Shown here: piece by piece, positions 18,414 to 26,094 of the stretch
How positions within the stretch are numbered: the first letter of the stretch is position 1
Layout of the letters: each line of letters begins with the position of its first letter
Source of the DNA: a phage
DNA length: 40,153 bases
Sequence record: OZ335957.1
Strand: one strand, 5' to 3'
Notes under the pieces: model-generated
Seen by the model: the letters and a program-made list of their open reading frames with translations, nothing else
Database searches by the model: none
Told to the model about the DNA's origin: nothing
Made by a program: the position numbers and the translations under genes

Positions 18414-18865
18414 AGATACCTGAAAGTCTGAAAGAGCTGGTCCTTGACATAGGTGAGTGTGAGTGCGAGAAGGAGCACCGCAAGTACGCTGAGTTCTACG
18501 CATCTTGGTCATACACCTTGACAGAGAATGACGTTGAGTCATATACCGAGTCTCCCGCTGAGGCCTATGAGTGGCGTCAGTTCATCGGGCTGACCATCGT
18601 AGCCAGTGGTATGTGGAATGACAGCTACGGTTCAGAGGTAAATGACTGGGGAGTATATCGCCAGGTTGAGAAGGAGACTGAGATGTCTTCAAACTTCTGG
18701 AACCTGATGTCCCACCTCAACTCAGATGACAACGACATGGCACATGAGTTCGCCAACAAATGGCTGAAGCCTGAGGTGACTCTGGAACGTATTGAGGAGC
18801 CTAAAGTTCCCTTGATGCCATATGCAGTCGCTATGGCTACAGGAGGTCTGGACGATGGGTGCTGA
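18410..18865 (+). CDS. Hypothetical acidic protein (151 aa) in the gene 5.9 position
   Basis: Internal ATG of ORF-track frame 18356 that overlaps gp5.7 stop; CECEKEH motif; Glu/Asp-rich; T7 gp5.9 is only about 52 aa. Confidence 0.6.
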   Translation: MKIPESLKELVLDIGECECEKEHRKYAEFYASWSYTLTENDVESYTESPAEAYEWRQFIGLTIVASGMWNDSYGSEVNDWGVYRQVEKETEMSSNFWNLMSHLNSDDNDMAHEFANKWLKPEVTLERIEEPKVPLMPYAVAMATGGLDDGC

Positions 18866-19724
18866 GAAGAAGATAGCTCTTGTTCTTGATGGCGATTACC
18901 TAGTATTCTCTTCTATGGCTGCTGCCGAGGACGAGACAGACTGGGGTGATGACATCTGGACCCTTATCTGCGACCACGAGAAGGCTCGCCGTATCCTTGA
19001 TAACACCATCGCTGAAATCGTTAAGAAGCGCAAGGCGTGGAAAGACGCTAAGATTGTGATGTGCTTTACTGATGATAACAACTGGCGTAAGGACGTTTTG
19101 CCTACCTATAAGGCCAACCGTAAAGGTTCTCGCAAGCCTGTAGGTTACAAGAAGTTCGTAGCCGAAGTGATGGCTGACCCACGGTTCAACAGCTTCCTGC
19201 GTCCAACGCTTGAGGGTGATGACTGTATGGGTATCATCGGGACCAGACCTCAGATTGTCGGATGCGACCATGCGGTGCTGGTGTCCTGCGATAAGGACTT
19301 CAAGACCATCCCGAACTGTGAGTTCTTCTGGTTAACCACTGGTGAAATCCTGAGTCATACGACTGCTGAGGCAGACTACTGGCACATGGAGCAAACCATC
19401 AAGGGTGACACTACAGATGGCTACGGTGGCATTCCGGGGATGGGTGAGGACACCACTCGTGCGTTCCTTGACGAGCCGTACTACTTCGTGCAGGAGAGAC
19501 GTGAGCTTAAGACTGGTAAGAACAAAGGCCAGATTAAGACTGAGTGGAAGAAGTATCCAAAGCGTGAAGACATGACGCTGTGGGACTGCATGGTGACTCT
19601 GGCTGCTAAAGCGGGGATGACCGAGGAGGAACTTCTGGTCCAAGCTCAGGTCGCTCGTATTTGTCGAGCCTCTGACTACGACCCTAAGTCAAAGGAGGTC
19701 ATCCTGTGGACACCATCCATGTAA
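18855..19724 (+). CDS. 6: 5'-3' exonuclease (T7 gp6-like)
   Basis: VLDGDYLVF, CDHEKARRIL, YKANRK, SCDKDFKTIPNC, TIKGDTTDGY, LWDC..AKAGMTEE match T7 gp6; AGGAGG RBS. Confidence 0.93.
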   Translation: MGAEKKIALVLDGDYLVFSSMAAAEDETDWGDDIWTLICDHEKARRILDNTIAEIVKKRKAWKDAKIVMCFTDDNNWRKDVLPTYKANRKGSRKPVGYKKFVAEVMADPRFNSFLRPTLEGDDCMGIIGTRPQIVGCDHAVLVSCDKDFKTIPNCEFFWLTTGEILSHTTAEADYWHMEQTIKGDTTDGYGGIPGMGEDTTRAFLDEPYYFVQERRELKTGKNKGQIKTEWKKYPKREDMTLWDCMVTLAAKAGMTEEELLVQAQVARICRASDYDPKSKEVILWTPSM

Positions 19725-19798
19725 TTTACTGGGCCGGACTTCTGGCCCTTTACTGCATGTACAAGTGGTTCGGGTCGAACAACCGCCCTAAACACTGA
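19706..19798 (+). CDS. Hypothetical small hydrophobic peptide (30 aa, GTG start)
   Basis: AAAGGAGG 7 nt upstream of GTG; overlaps 3' end of exonuclease gene; gene 6.3 position. Confidence 0.25.
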   Translation: MDTIHVIYWAGLLALYCMYKWFGSNNRPKH

Positions 19799-19850
19799 GT
19801 CTAACCGATAGTCATATCCTATCAATCCAACAGTCATCCATAGGTAAAAT

Positions 19851-19873
19851 ACTAAACTATCACTATAGGGACT
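19851..19873 (+). promoter_or_regulatory. Phage RNAP promoter (phi6.5-like), +1 G at 19868
   Basis: ACTAAACTATCACTATA GGGACT. Confidence 0.8.
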
Positions 19874-19934
19874 TTAGGACCTAAGATATGACTATAAGAT
19901 AGACTTTAGTCTTAACTTAAAGAGGAGATTCAAG

Positions 19935-20207
19935 ATGGCTCTTAATGCTATTGAAAACGTTGTTAAGCAGTTACAGGAAGAAAGACTCGATGTCCCTAAC
20001 ATCTCCCAGTCTGCCATCCAGTTCCTGCACGTATTGTTCAACGCAAGCTATGCTGAGAAGATGGGAGCTATCAGTCTCCTCAAGCAGCAAGGCTACAGCG
20101 ATGCGTTCATTGCCGGGTTCATCAAGGGTCTCCAGTATTGTTCTGACACTCTCGACTCTGCGATTGCTATGCGTCGTGAGCTGAAAGATACCGTTCAGTT
20201 CGATTAA
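19935..20207 (+). CDS. Hypothetical protein (90 aa), gene 6.5 position
   Basis: RBS AAAGAGGAG; first gene after promoter. Confidence 0.6.
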   Translation: MALNAIENVVKQLQEERLDVPNISQSAIQFLHVLFNASYAEKMGAISLLKQQGYSDAFIAGFIKGLQYCSDTLDSAIAMRRELKDTVQFD

Positions 20208-20221
20208 CTGTAGGAGGGACT

Positions 20222-20446
20222 ATGTGTTTCAGTCCAAAGATTAGCACTCCGAAGCCTTCGGTCCAAGCACCTGAACCAGCACCTCTGAGTGAGGAAGTTG
20301 CGTCAGTTGACATAGGGGCTGAATCGGATGTTGACACCAACGAGACCAAAGGTATCAAAGACCTGAAGGTCAAGAAGGAGTCTGCACCTAAAGATAAATC
20401 GTCAGTTAGCCGCGCTATGCGAGCCTCTGGCGTCAACATGGGGTAA
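20222..20446 (+). CDS. 6.7: gp6.7-like virion protein
   Basis: MCFSPKISTPKP...EPAPL N-terminus matches T7 gp6.7 (MCFSPKIKTPK...EPAPL). Confidence 0.8.
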   Translation: MCFSPKISTPKPSVQAPEPAPLSEEVASVDIGAESDVDTNETKGIKDLKVKKESAPKDKSSVSRAMRASGVNMG

Positions 20447-20450
20447 GACA

Positions 20451-20873
20451 ATGCTACCATATCTCAACTCACGCGAAGGTCGCCACATGTGCGCTTGTCG
20501 CCTCTGGGAAGACGGGCAGTCTAACTTCAAGTCATTCGAGGACTTCAAGGCTCATACTTACCGTATGGCTGACGAGTTCGACGGTGAAGAATACACAATC
20601 TACGATGTCTCAGGTCAACCAGTAGCGTATCTCTACATGCTGGCTACCGCATCTTGGCACAGACCGACTCCCGGTCTTGACCTTTCAATAGTCGCTATTC
20701 GTCGTGACTCGCAGTCCTCCCGCAAGGTTCTTGAGACTGTCAGACACATCATAGACGAAGAGTGCAAGCGTTGGGGTCTTGGCTGGTATTCTCGTGTCAA
20801 GCATGTTTCTGGGTCGGTAGACATCGTAACAACCAAGTGCGTTAGCACGAACAAGGAGATTAACCGTGGGTAA
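20451..20873 (+). CDS. Hypothetical protein (140 aa) in gene 7 position
   Basis: Synteny and size only (T7 gp7 is 133 aa); identity not verified. Confidence 0.55.
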   Translation: MLPYLNSREGRHMCACRLWEDGQSNFKSFEDFKAHTYRMADEFDGEEYTIYDVSGQPVAYLYMLATASWHRPTPGLDLSIVAIRRDSQSSRKVLETVRHIIDEECKRWGLGWYSRVKHVSGSVDIVTTKCVSTNKEINRG

Positions 20874-21114
20874 ATCAATCAGTAAGGCTTTCAAGAAAGT
20901 GGTGAAAAGTACGTTAGGGACAGTGGGTATTGGCTCTGACGATGCACCTAAGGTTGTTGAGGCTCAGACCCCAGCAGCACCAGTGGAAGTACCGAACGAT
21001 AAAGTGGAAGATGTGGATACCGAAGCAACCGCATCTGACGAGAAGAAAGTGAAGCGTTCAGGTAAGCGTAGCCTTCAGGTCTCTCGCACCTCTGGTGGTG
21101 GTATTTCTATTTAA
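20866..21114 (+). CDS. 7.3: gp7.3-like tail-associated protein
   Basis: MGK..KKVVK N-terminus and C-terminal KRSGKRSLQVSRTSGGGISI match T7 gp7.3. Confidence 0.8.
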   Translation: MGKSISKAFKKVVKSTLGTVGIGSDDAPKVVEAQTPAAPVEVPNDKVEDVDTEATASDEKKVKRSGKRSLQVSRTSGGGISI

Positions 21115-21125
21115 GGAGGTGACGA

Positions 21126-22694
21126 ATGGCTGAACGTGAAGGGTTCGCTGCTGAAGGAGCCAAAGCGGTCTATGACCGACTGAAGAACGGTAGACAGCCA
21201 TATGAGACACGCGCTCAGAATTGTGCTGCTGTCACTATCCCGTCACTGTTTCCTAAGGAGTCCGACAACTCGTCTACTGAGTACACCACTCCGTGGCAAG
21301 CTGTAGGTGCTCGATGTTTGAACAACTTGGCTGCAAAGCTGATGTTGGCATTATTCCCTCAGTCACCGTGGATGCGACTTACAGTCTCCGAATATGAGGC
21401 TAAGACCTTGAGTCAGGACTCAGAGGCTGCTGCTCGTGTGGACGAGGGGCTTGCTATGGTCGAGCGTGTGTTGATGGCCTACATGGAGACAAACAGTTTC
21501 CGTGTGCCATTGTTCGAAGCTCTGAAGCAGCTTATAGTCTCCGGTAACTGTCTGCTCTACATTCCAGAGCCTGAACAGGGAACCTACAGTCCTATGCGAA
21601 TGTACCGCTTAGTGTCCTACGTTGTTCAACGTGATGCTTTCGGTAACATCTTACAGATTGTGACTCTCGACAAGGTAGCGTTTAGTGCTCTACCGGAAGA
21701 CGTGAAGTCTCAACTCAACGCAGACGACTATGAGCCTGACACCGAGCTGGAAGTGTATACGCACATCTACCGTCAGGACGACGAGTATCTGCGCTACGAG
21801 GAAGTGGAAGGCATTGAGGTAGCAGGGACCGATGGTTCTTACCCACTGACTGCCTGTCCATACATCCCGGTACGAATGGTTCGACTGGACGGTGAAGACT
21901 ATGGTCGCTCTTATTGCGAGGAGTATCTGGGAGACCTGAACTCGCTGGAGACGATTACAGAAGCTATCACCAAAATGGCTAAGGTAGCCTCCAAAGTGGT
22001 GGGCCTCGTTAACCCGAATGGTATCACGCAACCTCGTCGTCTGAATAAGGCGGCTACAGGTGAGTTCGTGGCTGGACGCGTTGAGGACATCAACTTCCTG
22101 CAACTGACGAAAGGTCAGGACTTTACGATTGCTAAATCGGTGGCTGACGCTATCGAGCAACGTCTAGGTTGGGCCTTCCTTCTTAATAGTGCTGTTCAGC
22201 GTAATGCCGAGCGAGTCACTGCCGAAGAGATTCGTTATGTTGCTGGCGAACTGGAGGCGACCTTAGGTGGCGTGTACTCAGTACAGTCACAAGAGCTTCA
22301 GTTACCTATCGTACGTGTGCTGATGAACCAACTTCAGTCTGCTGGCATGATTCCTGACCTTCCGAAAGAAGCGGTAGAGCCTACTGTCTCAACTGGTCTG
22401 GAAGCTCTGGGCCGTGGTCAGGACTTGGAGAAGCTGACTCAGGCGGTTAACATGATGACTGGTCTTCAGCCGCTATCTCAGGACCCGGACATCAATTTGC
22501 CGACCCTTAAGCTGCGACTCCTGAACGCTCTGGGTATCGACACCGCTGGCCTACTCCTGACGCAAGACGAGAAGATTCAGCGCATGGCTGAGCAGTCGTC
22601 TCAACAGGCAGTTGTCCAAGGTGCTAGTGCTGCTGGTGCTAACATGGGTGCTGCTGTAGGTCAGGGAGCTGGTGAGGACATGGCTCAAGCCTAA
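21126..22694 (+). CDS. 8: Portal (head-tail connector) protein (T7 gp8-like)
   Basis: 522 aa; PYETRAQNCA..IPSLFPKESDNSSTEYTTPWQAVGAR nearly identical in pattern to T7 gp8 N-terminus. Confidence 0.97.
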   Translation: MAEREGFAAEGAKAVYDRLKNGRQPYETRAQNCAAVTIPSLFPKESDNSSTEYTTPWQAVGARCLNNLAAKLMLALFPQSPWMRLTVSEYEAKTLSQDSEAAARVDEGLAMVERVLMAYMETNSFRVPLFEALKQLIVSGNCLLYIPEPEQGTYSPMRMYRLVSYVVQRDAFGNILQIVTLDKVAFSALPEDVKSQLNADDYEPDTELEVYTHIYRQDDEYLRYEEVEGIEVAGTDGSYPLTACPYIPVRMVRLDGEDYGRSYCEEYLGDLNSLETITEAITKMAKVASKVVGLVNPNGITQPRRLNKAATGEFVAGRVEDINFLQLTKGQDFTIAKSVADAIEQRLGWAFLLNSAVQRNAERVTAEEIRYVAGELEATLGGVYSVQSQELQLPIVRVLMNQLQSAGMIPDLPKEAVEPTVSTGLEALGRGQDLEKLTQAVNMMTGLQPLSQDPDINLPTLKLRLLNALGIDTAGLLLTQDEKIQRMAEQSSQQAVVQGASAAGANMGAAVGQGAGEDMAQA

Positions 22695-22712
22695 ACTATC
22701 ACTATAGGAACA
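22690..22712 (+). promoter_or_regulatory. Phage RNAP promoter (phi9-like), +1 G at 22707
   Basis: CCTAAACTATCACTATA GGAACA; overlaps portal stop codon. Confidence 0.8.
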
Positions 22713-22802
22713 ACACAACTTGAGTGAGTGAACGCATAGCCAGCCGTAACTGGAGGGCAGGTTGTTGTGTTTCCTATTAACGACTTAAAGGAGAATGACT
22801 TA

Positions 22803-23687
22803 ATGTCTCAATCAGTTTATGCCGAGTTCGGCGTTAGCTCTAATGCAATCACTGGTTCCGTTGAGGACCTGAACGAACATCAGAAGTCTATGCTTGAACA
22901 GGACGTAGCTGTTCGTGATGGCGATGACGCTATTACCTTCAAGCAACTGGAAGCCGAAAACGAAGAGGAGACCGAAGAAGACGAGAACGTCGAAGAGACT
23001 GAGGGTACTGAAGACAACGAGTCAGATGACGAAGAGTCTGAGACAGATGGTGAGCAACCTGAGTTCGTAGAACTTGGTGATGCACCGAAAGAGCTGACCG
23101 AAAGTGTCACCGCTCTGGATGAAAACGAAGCTGCATTCGACGACATGGTGTCTTCTGCTGTGGAAGCTGGCAAGGTCACTGCTGATGAAATTACCGCTAT
23201 CAAGGCTGAATACGCCAAGGACGGTAAGCTGTCTGACGCATCCTACGCTAAGTTGCAGGAAGCAGGTTACACCAAGCGTTTCGTAGATTCGTTTGTTCGC
23301 GGTCAGGAAGCTCTGGCTGAACAGTACGCTGCTGGTGTGGTTCGCTACGCAGGTGGCGCTGACCAGTTTAATCGCATCCTGTCACACCTTGAGTCAAACG
23401 ACCCGTCAACTCGTGAAGCACTTGAAGCTGCTATCGTTCGTAAGGACATTGCGACTACCAAAGCTCTGCTGAATCTGGCTGGCAAGACTCTGGGTAAAGC
23501 TGTTGGCGTTAAACCTCAGCGTACCATCACCACTCAGGCTAAACCTGTGGTCGCACCTAAGGCTCCTCAGACCGAAGCATTCAGCTCCAAGGCTGACATG
23601 ATTAAGGCTATGAGTGACCCGCGATACCTGCGTGACGATAAGTACACGATGGAAGTTCGCGCTAAGGTAGCTGCCTCAAGCCTGTAG
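22803..23687 (+). CDS. 9: Capsid assembly (scaffolding) protein (T7 gp9-like)
   Basis: Highly acidic; VYAEFGV, RDGDDAI, GYTKRFVDSFVRGQEALAEQY, MIKAMSDPRY match T7 gp9; start at internal ATG with AAAGGAG RBS. Confidence 0.9.
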   Translation: MSQSVYAEFGVSSNAITGSVEDLNEHQKSMLEQDVAVRDGDDAITFKQLEAENEEETEEDENVEETEGTEDNESDDEESETDGEQPEFVELGDAPKELTESVTALDENEAAFDDMVSSAVEAGKVTADEITAIKAEYAKDGKLSDASYAKLQEAGYTKRFVDSFVRGQEALAEQYAAGVVRYAGGADQFNRILSHLESNDPSTREALEAAIVRKDIATTKALLNLAGKTLGKAVGVKPQRTITTQAKPVVAPKAPQTEAFSSKADMIKAMSDPRYLRDDKYTMEVRAKVAASSL

Positions 23688-23688
23688 G

Positions 23689-23711
23689 ACTAAACTATCA
23701 CTATAGGGAGA
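23689..23711 (+). promoter_or_regulatory. Phage RNAP promoter (phi10-like, best consensus match), +1 G at 23706
   Basis: ACTAAACTATCACTATA GGGAGA; immediately upstream of capsid gene. Confidence 0.85.
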
Positions 23712-23814
23712 CCAAGAGACAGACTCAAGGTTTCCCCTATTACTTCAGTCCATACGGATTGGGCGTACAGTAAGTAATAAACTTTATCTTTCAATTGAAT
23801 AGGAGAATTATCAT

Positions 23815-24864
23815 ATGGCAAACGTTCCGGGTCAGAAAGTTGGTACAGACCAAGGTAAAGGCAAATCTGGTTCCGACGCTCTGGCGTTGTTCCTGAAGGT
23901 CTTTGCTGGTGAAGTCCTGACTGCATTCACTCGCCGCTCTGTAACCGCTGACAAGCATATTGTCCGTACCATTCAGAACGGTAAGTCTGCTCAGTTCCCG
24001 GTCATGGGTCGCACCTCTGGTGTGTATCTGGCTCCGGGTGAGCGACTGTCCGATAAGCGTAAAGGTATCAAACATACCGAGAAAGTGATTACCATTGATG
24101 GTCTGCTGACTGCCGATGTGATGATTTTCGACATTGAAGACGCGATGAACCACTATGACGTGGCTGGCGAGTACTCCAACCAGTTGGGCGAAGCTCTGGC
24201 TATCGCTGCCGATGGTGCGGTACTGGCTGAGATGGCTATTCTGTGTAACCTACCGGCTGCATCTGATGAAAACATCGCTGGTCTTGGCAAAGCGTCTGTG
24301 CTGGAAGTTGGTACTAAAGCCGACCTGAACACTCCGGCTAAGCTGGGTGAAGCAATCATCGGTCAACTGACCATTGCTCGTGCGAAGCTGACATCCAACT
24401 ACGTTCCTGCTGGCGACCGTTACTTCTACACCACGCCGGACAACTACTCTGCAATCCTCGCGGCTCTGATGCCGAACGCTGCTAACTATGCTGCGCTGAT
24501 TGACCCAGAGACTGGTAACATCCGTAACGTAATGGGCTTCGTGGTTGTTGAAGTTCCACACTTGACTCAGGGTGGTGCTGGGGAAACTCGTGGTGACGAT
24601 GGTATCACTATTGCGACTGGTCAGAAGCATGCCTTCCCAGCTACTGCTACTGGTGATGTTAAAGTTGCTCTGGACAACGTTGTGGGCCTGTTCTCTCACC
24701 GTTCTGCTGTAGGTACTGTTAAGCTGCGTGACTTGGCGCTGGAACGTGACCGTGACGTCGATGCTCAGGGCGACCTGATTGTTGGTAAGTACGCTATGGG
24801 TCACGGAGGTCTGCGTCCAGAAGCGGCAGGAGCACTGGTTTTCACAGCGGCGTCAGCGGGTTAA
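23815..24864 (+). CDS. 10A: Major capsid protein (T7 gp10A-like)
   Basis: 349 aa; KLALFLKVF.GEVLTAF, KSAQFPV.GRT, HTEKVITIDGLLTADV, AALMPNAANYAALIDPE, HRSAVGTVKLRDLALER, YAMGHGGLRPEAAG match T7 gp10A. Confidence 0.98.
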   Translation: MANVPGQKVGTDQGKGKSGSDALALFLKVFAGEVLTAFTRRSVTADKHIVRTIQNGKSAQFPVMGRTSGVYLAPGERLSDKRKGIKHTEKVITIDGLLTADVMIFDIEDAMNHYDVAGEYSNQLGEALAIAADGAVLAEMAILCNLPAASDENIAGLGKASVLEVGTKADLNTPAKLGEAIIGQLTIARAKLTSNYVPAGDRYFYTTPDNYSAILAALMPNAANYAALIDPETGNIRNVMGFVVVEVPHLTQGGAGETRGDDGITIATGQKHAFPATATGDVKVALDNVVGLFSHRSAVGTVKLRDLALERDRDVDAQGDLIVGKYAMGHGGLRPEAAGALVFTAASAG

Positions 24865-25127
24865 CGACCTTTAAGGCCCTCTCTACAGAGGGTCCTACCT
24901 TAGAGACGTATAGTTCTACGGTGGGGACCAGCTTGAAGGTTGACTTCCAGGAGCTTTCAGATGTGACCGATTGGTCGCTTCTTGAGGTGACTACGCCTGA
25001 TGGTGTTAGCTACTCCCGTAGAACCAACAGTCTCTACTTCAAGGCCACCTCTGGCGTGGAAGGTCTGGTGATTGTTGGGTATGACGGTTCGCCTGTGCGT
25101 TCCTTCAACGTATCTTTCACAAACTAA
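24837..25127 (+). other. 10B: Programmed -1 ribosomal frameshift site (G GTT TTC) and 94-codon extension giving a minor capsid protein (gp10B-like)
   Basis: Heptamer G GTT TTC in the 10A frame 7 codons before its stop; -1 frame open from 24843 to TAA at 25125-25127; 8-bp hairpin at 24875-24894. Confidence 0.6.
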
Positions 25128-25133
25128 TTGAAA

Positions 25134-25170
25134 CCCCTTGGGTGCCTTCGGGTGCTTGAGGGGTTTTTTG
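25134..25170 (+). terminator. Intrinsic terminator for phage RNAP (T7 Tphi-like)
   Basis: CCCCTTGGGTGCCTTCGGGTGCTTGAGGGG hairpin followed by TTTTTT; close to T7 Tphi (AACCCCTTGGGGCCTCTAAACGGGTCTTGAGGGGTTTTTTG). Confidence 0.9.
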
Positions 25171-25190
25171 CTTAATGATGAGGAGGGACT

Positions 25191-25280
25191 ATGTTCCTTA
25201 TTTACACATGGTTAGTACTATTCGTCTTATTCTGGTCGTACCTGCTGCCAAGCTCACCGTCCAGCCCATATGACCGTTAA
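25191..25280 (+). CDS. Hypothetical small membrane peptide (29 aa)
   Basis: GAGGAGGG RBS 5 nt upstream; FLIYTWLVLFVLFWSYLL hydrophobic. Confidence 0.3.
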   Translation: MFLIYTWLVLFVLFWSYLLPSSPSSPYDR

Positions 25281-25291
25281 GGAGTAAACCT

Positions 25292-25858
25292 ATGCCTCAA
25301 TACATTCCACTGAATGCTAACGATGACTTAGACGCCATCAACGATATGTTAGCTGCTATCGGTGAACCAGCAGTCCTACAGCTTGACGAAGGTAACGCTG
25401 ACGTCTCGAACGCTCAACGTATCCTGCATCGTGTTAATCGTCAGGTCCAAGCTAAAGGCTGGAACTTTAACATCAACGAAGCTGCTGTCCTGACGCCTGA
25501 TGTCCAAGACAACAGGATTCGATTCCTGCAGTCTTACCTTCGGGTCATGACTGCTGGTGCTACCAGTTACTACAGCAACATGGGGGGCTATCTCTATGAC
25601 CTGTCCACTCAGTCCACGACCTTCACTGGACCAATTACAGTCGAACTGGTGGAGATGAAACCGTTCGCTGAGATGCCTGTAGTATTCCGTGACTACATCG
25701 TTACCAAGGCTAGCCGTGAGTTCAACGCTAAGTTCTTCGGTAGCCCAGAGTCTGAACTGTACCTTCGTGAGCAGGAAGCAGAACTCTACCAGCAGGTGAT
25801 GGAGTACGAGATGGACACTGGTCGCTACAACATGATGTCCGACATCGGGAGGGACTAA
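25292..25858 (+). CDS. 11: Tail tubular protein A (T7 gp11-like)
   Basis: 188 aa; position and size match gp11; RBS AAGGAG. Confidence 0.9.
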   Translation: MPQYIPLNANDDLDAINDMLAAIGEPAVLQLDEGNADVSNAQRILHRVNRQVQAKGWNFNINEAAVLTPDVQDNRIRFLQSYLRVMTAGATSYYSNMGGYLYDLSTQSTTFTGPITVELVEMKPFAEMPVVFRDYIVTKASREFNAKFFGSPESELYLREQEAELYQQVMEYEMDTGRYNMMSDIGRD

Positions 25859-26085
25859 TGGCTAGTCACAACCTGAAGATTCACCGCCAGCACTTTGGTC
25901 CGGTACAACTAGGTCTAAAGACAGCAGAGCTGAGACTTAACGACCGGGACTTTAAGGTTGGCGACTGGCTTATCCTGAATGAGTGGGACAACGGGTATAC
26001 TGGACAACAGGTAGCACGTAAGGTTGTCCACATTGCTGACGTTGGTGACATCGCTGAGGGATACGTCCTAATGAGTATGATTTAA
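25858..26085 (+). CDS. Hypothetical small protein (75 aa) between tail tube genes; ASCH/DUF3850-like fold suspected
   Basis: TAATG coupling to gp11; KTAELRLNDRDFKVGDWLILNEWD resembles DUF3850/ASCH-type motifs (from memory); T7 has no gene here. Confidence 0.6.
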   Translation: MASHNLKIHRQHFGPVQLGLKTAELRLNDRDFKVGDWLILNEWDNGYTGQQVARKVVHIADVGDIAEGYVLMSMI

Positions 26086-26094
26086 GGAGGGCCT

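Noticed and set aside
19945-20184. 79-aa ORF overlapping 19935-20207 in another frame, and 11607-11816 overlapping the SSB/endonuclease junction
   Set aside because: Ser/Leu-rich overlap ORFs without RBS; the co-located frames have better starts and context
24921-25127. 68-aa stand-alone ORF after the capsid gene
   Set aside because: Its frame is continuously open back to the G GTT TTC slip site in the capsid gene and it lacks its own RBS; interpreted as the frameshift extension rather than an independent gene
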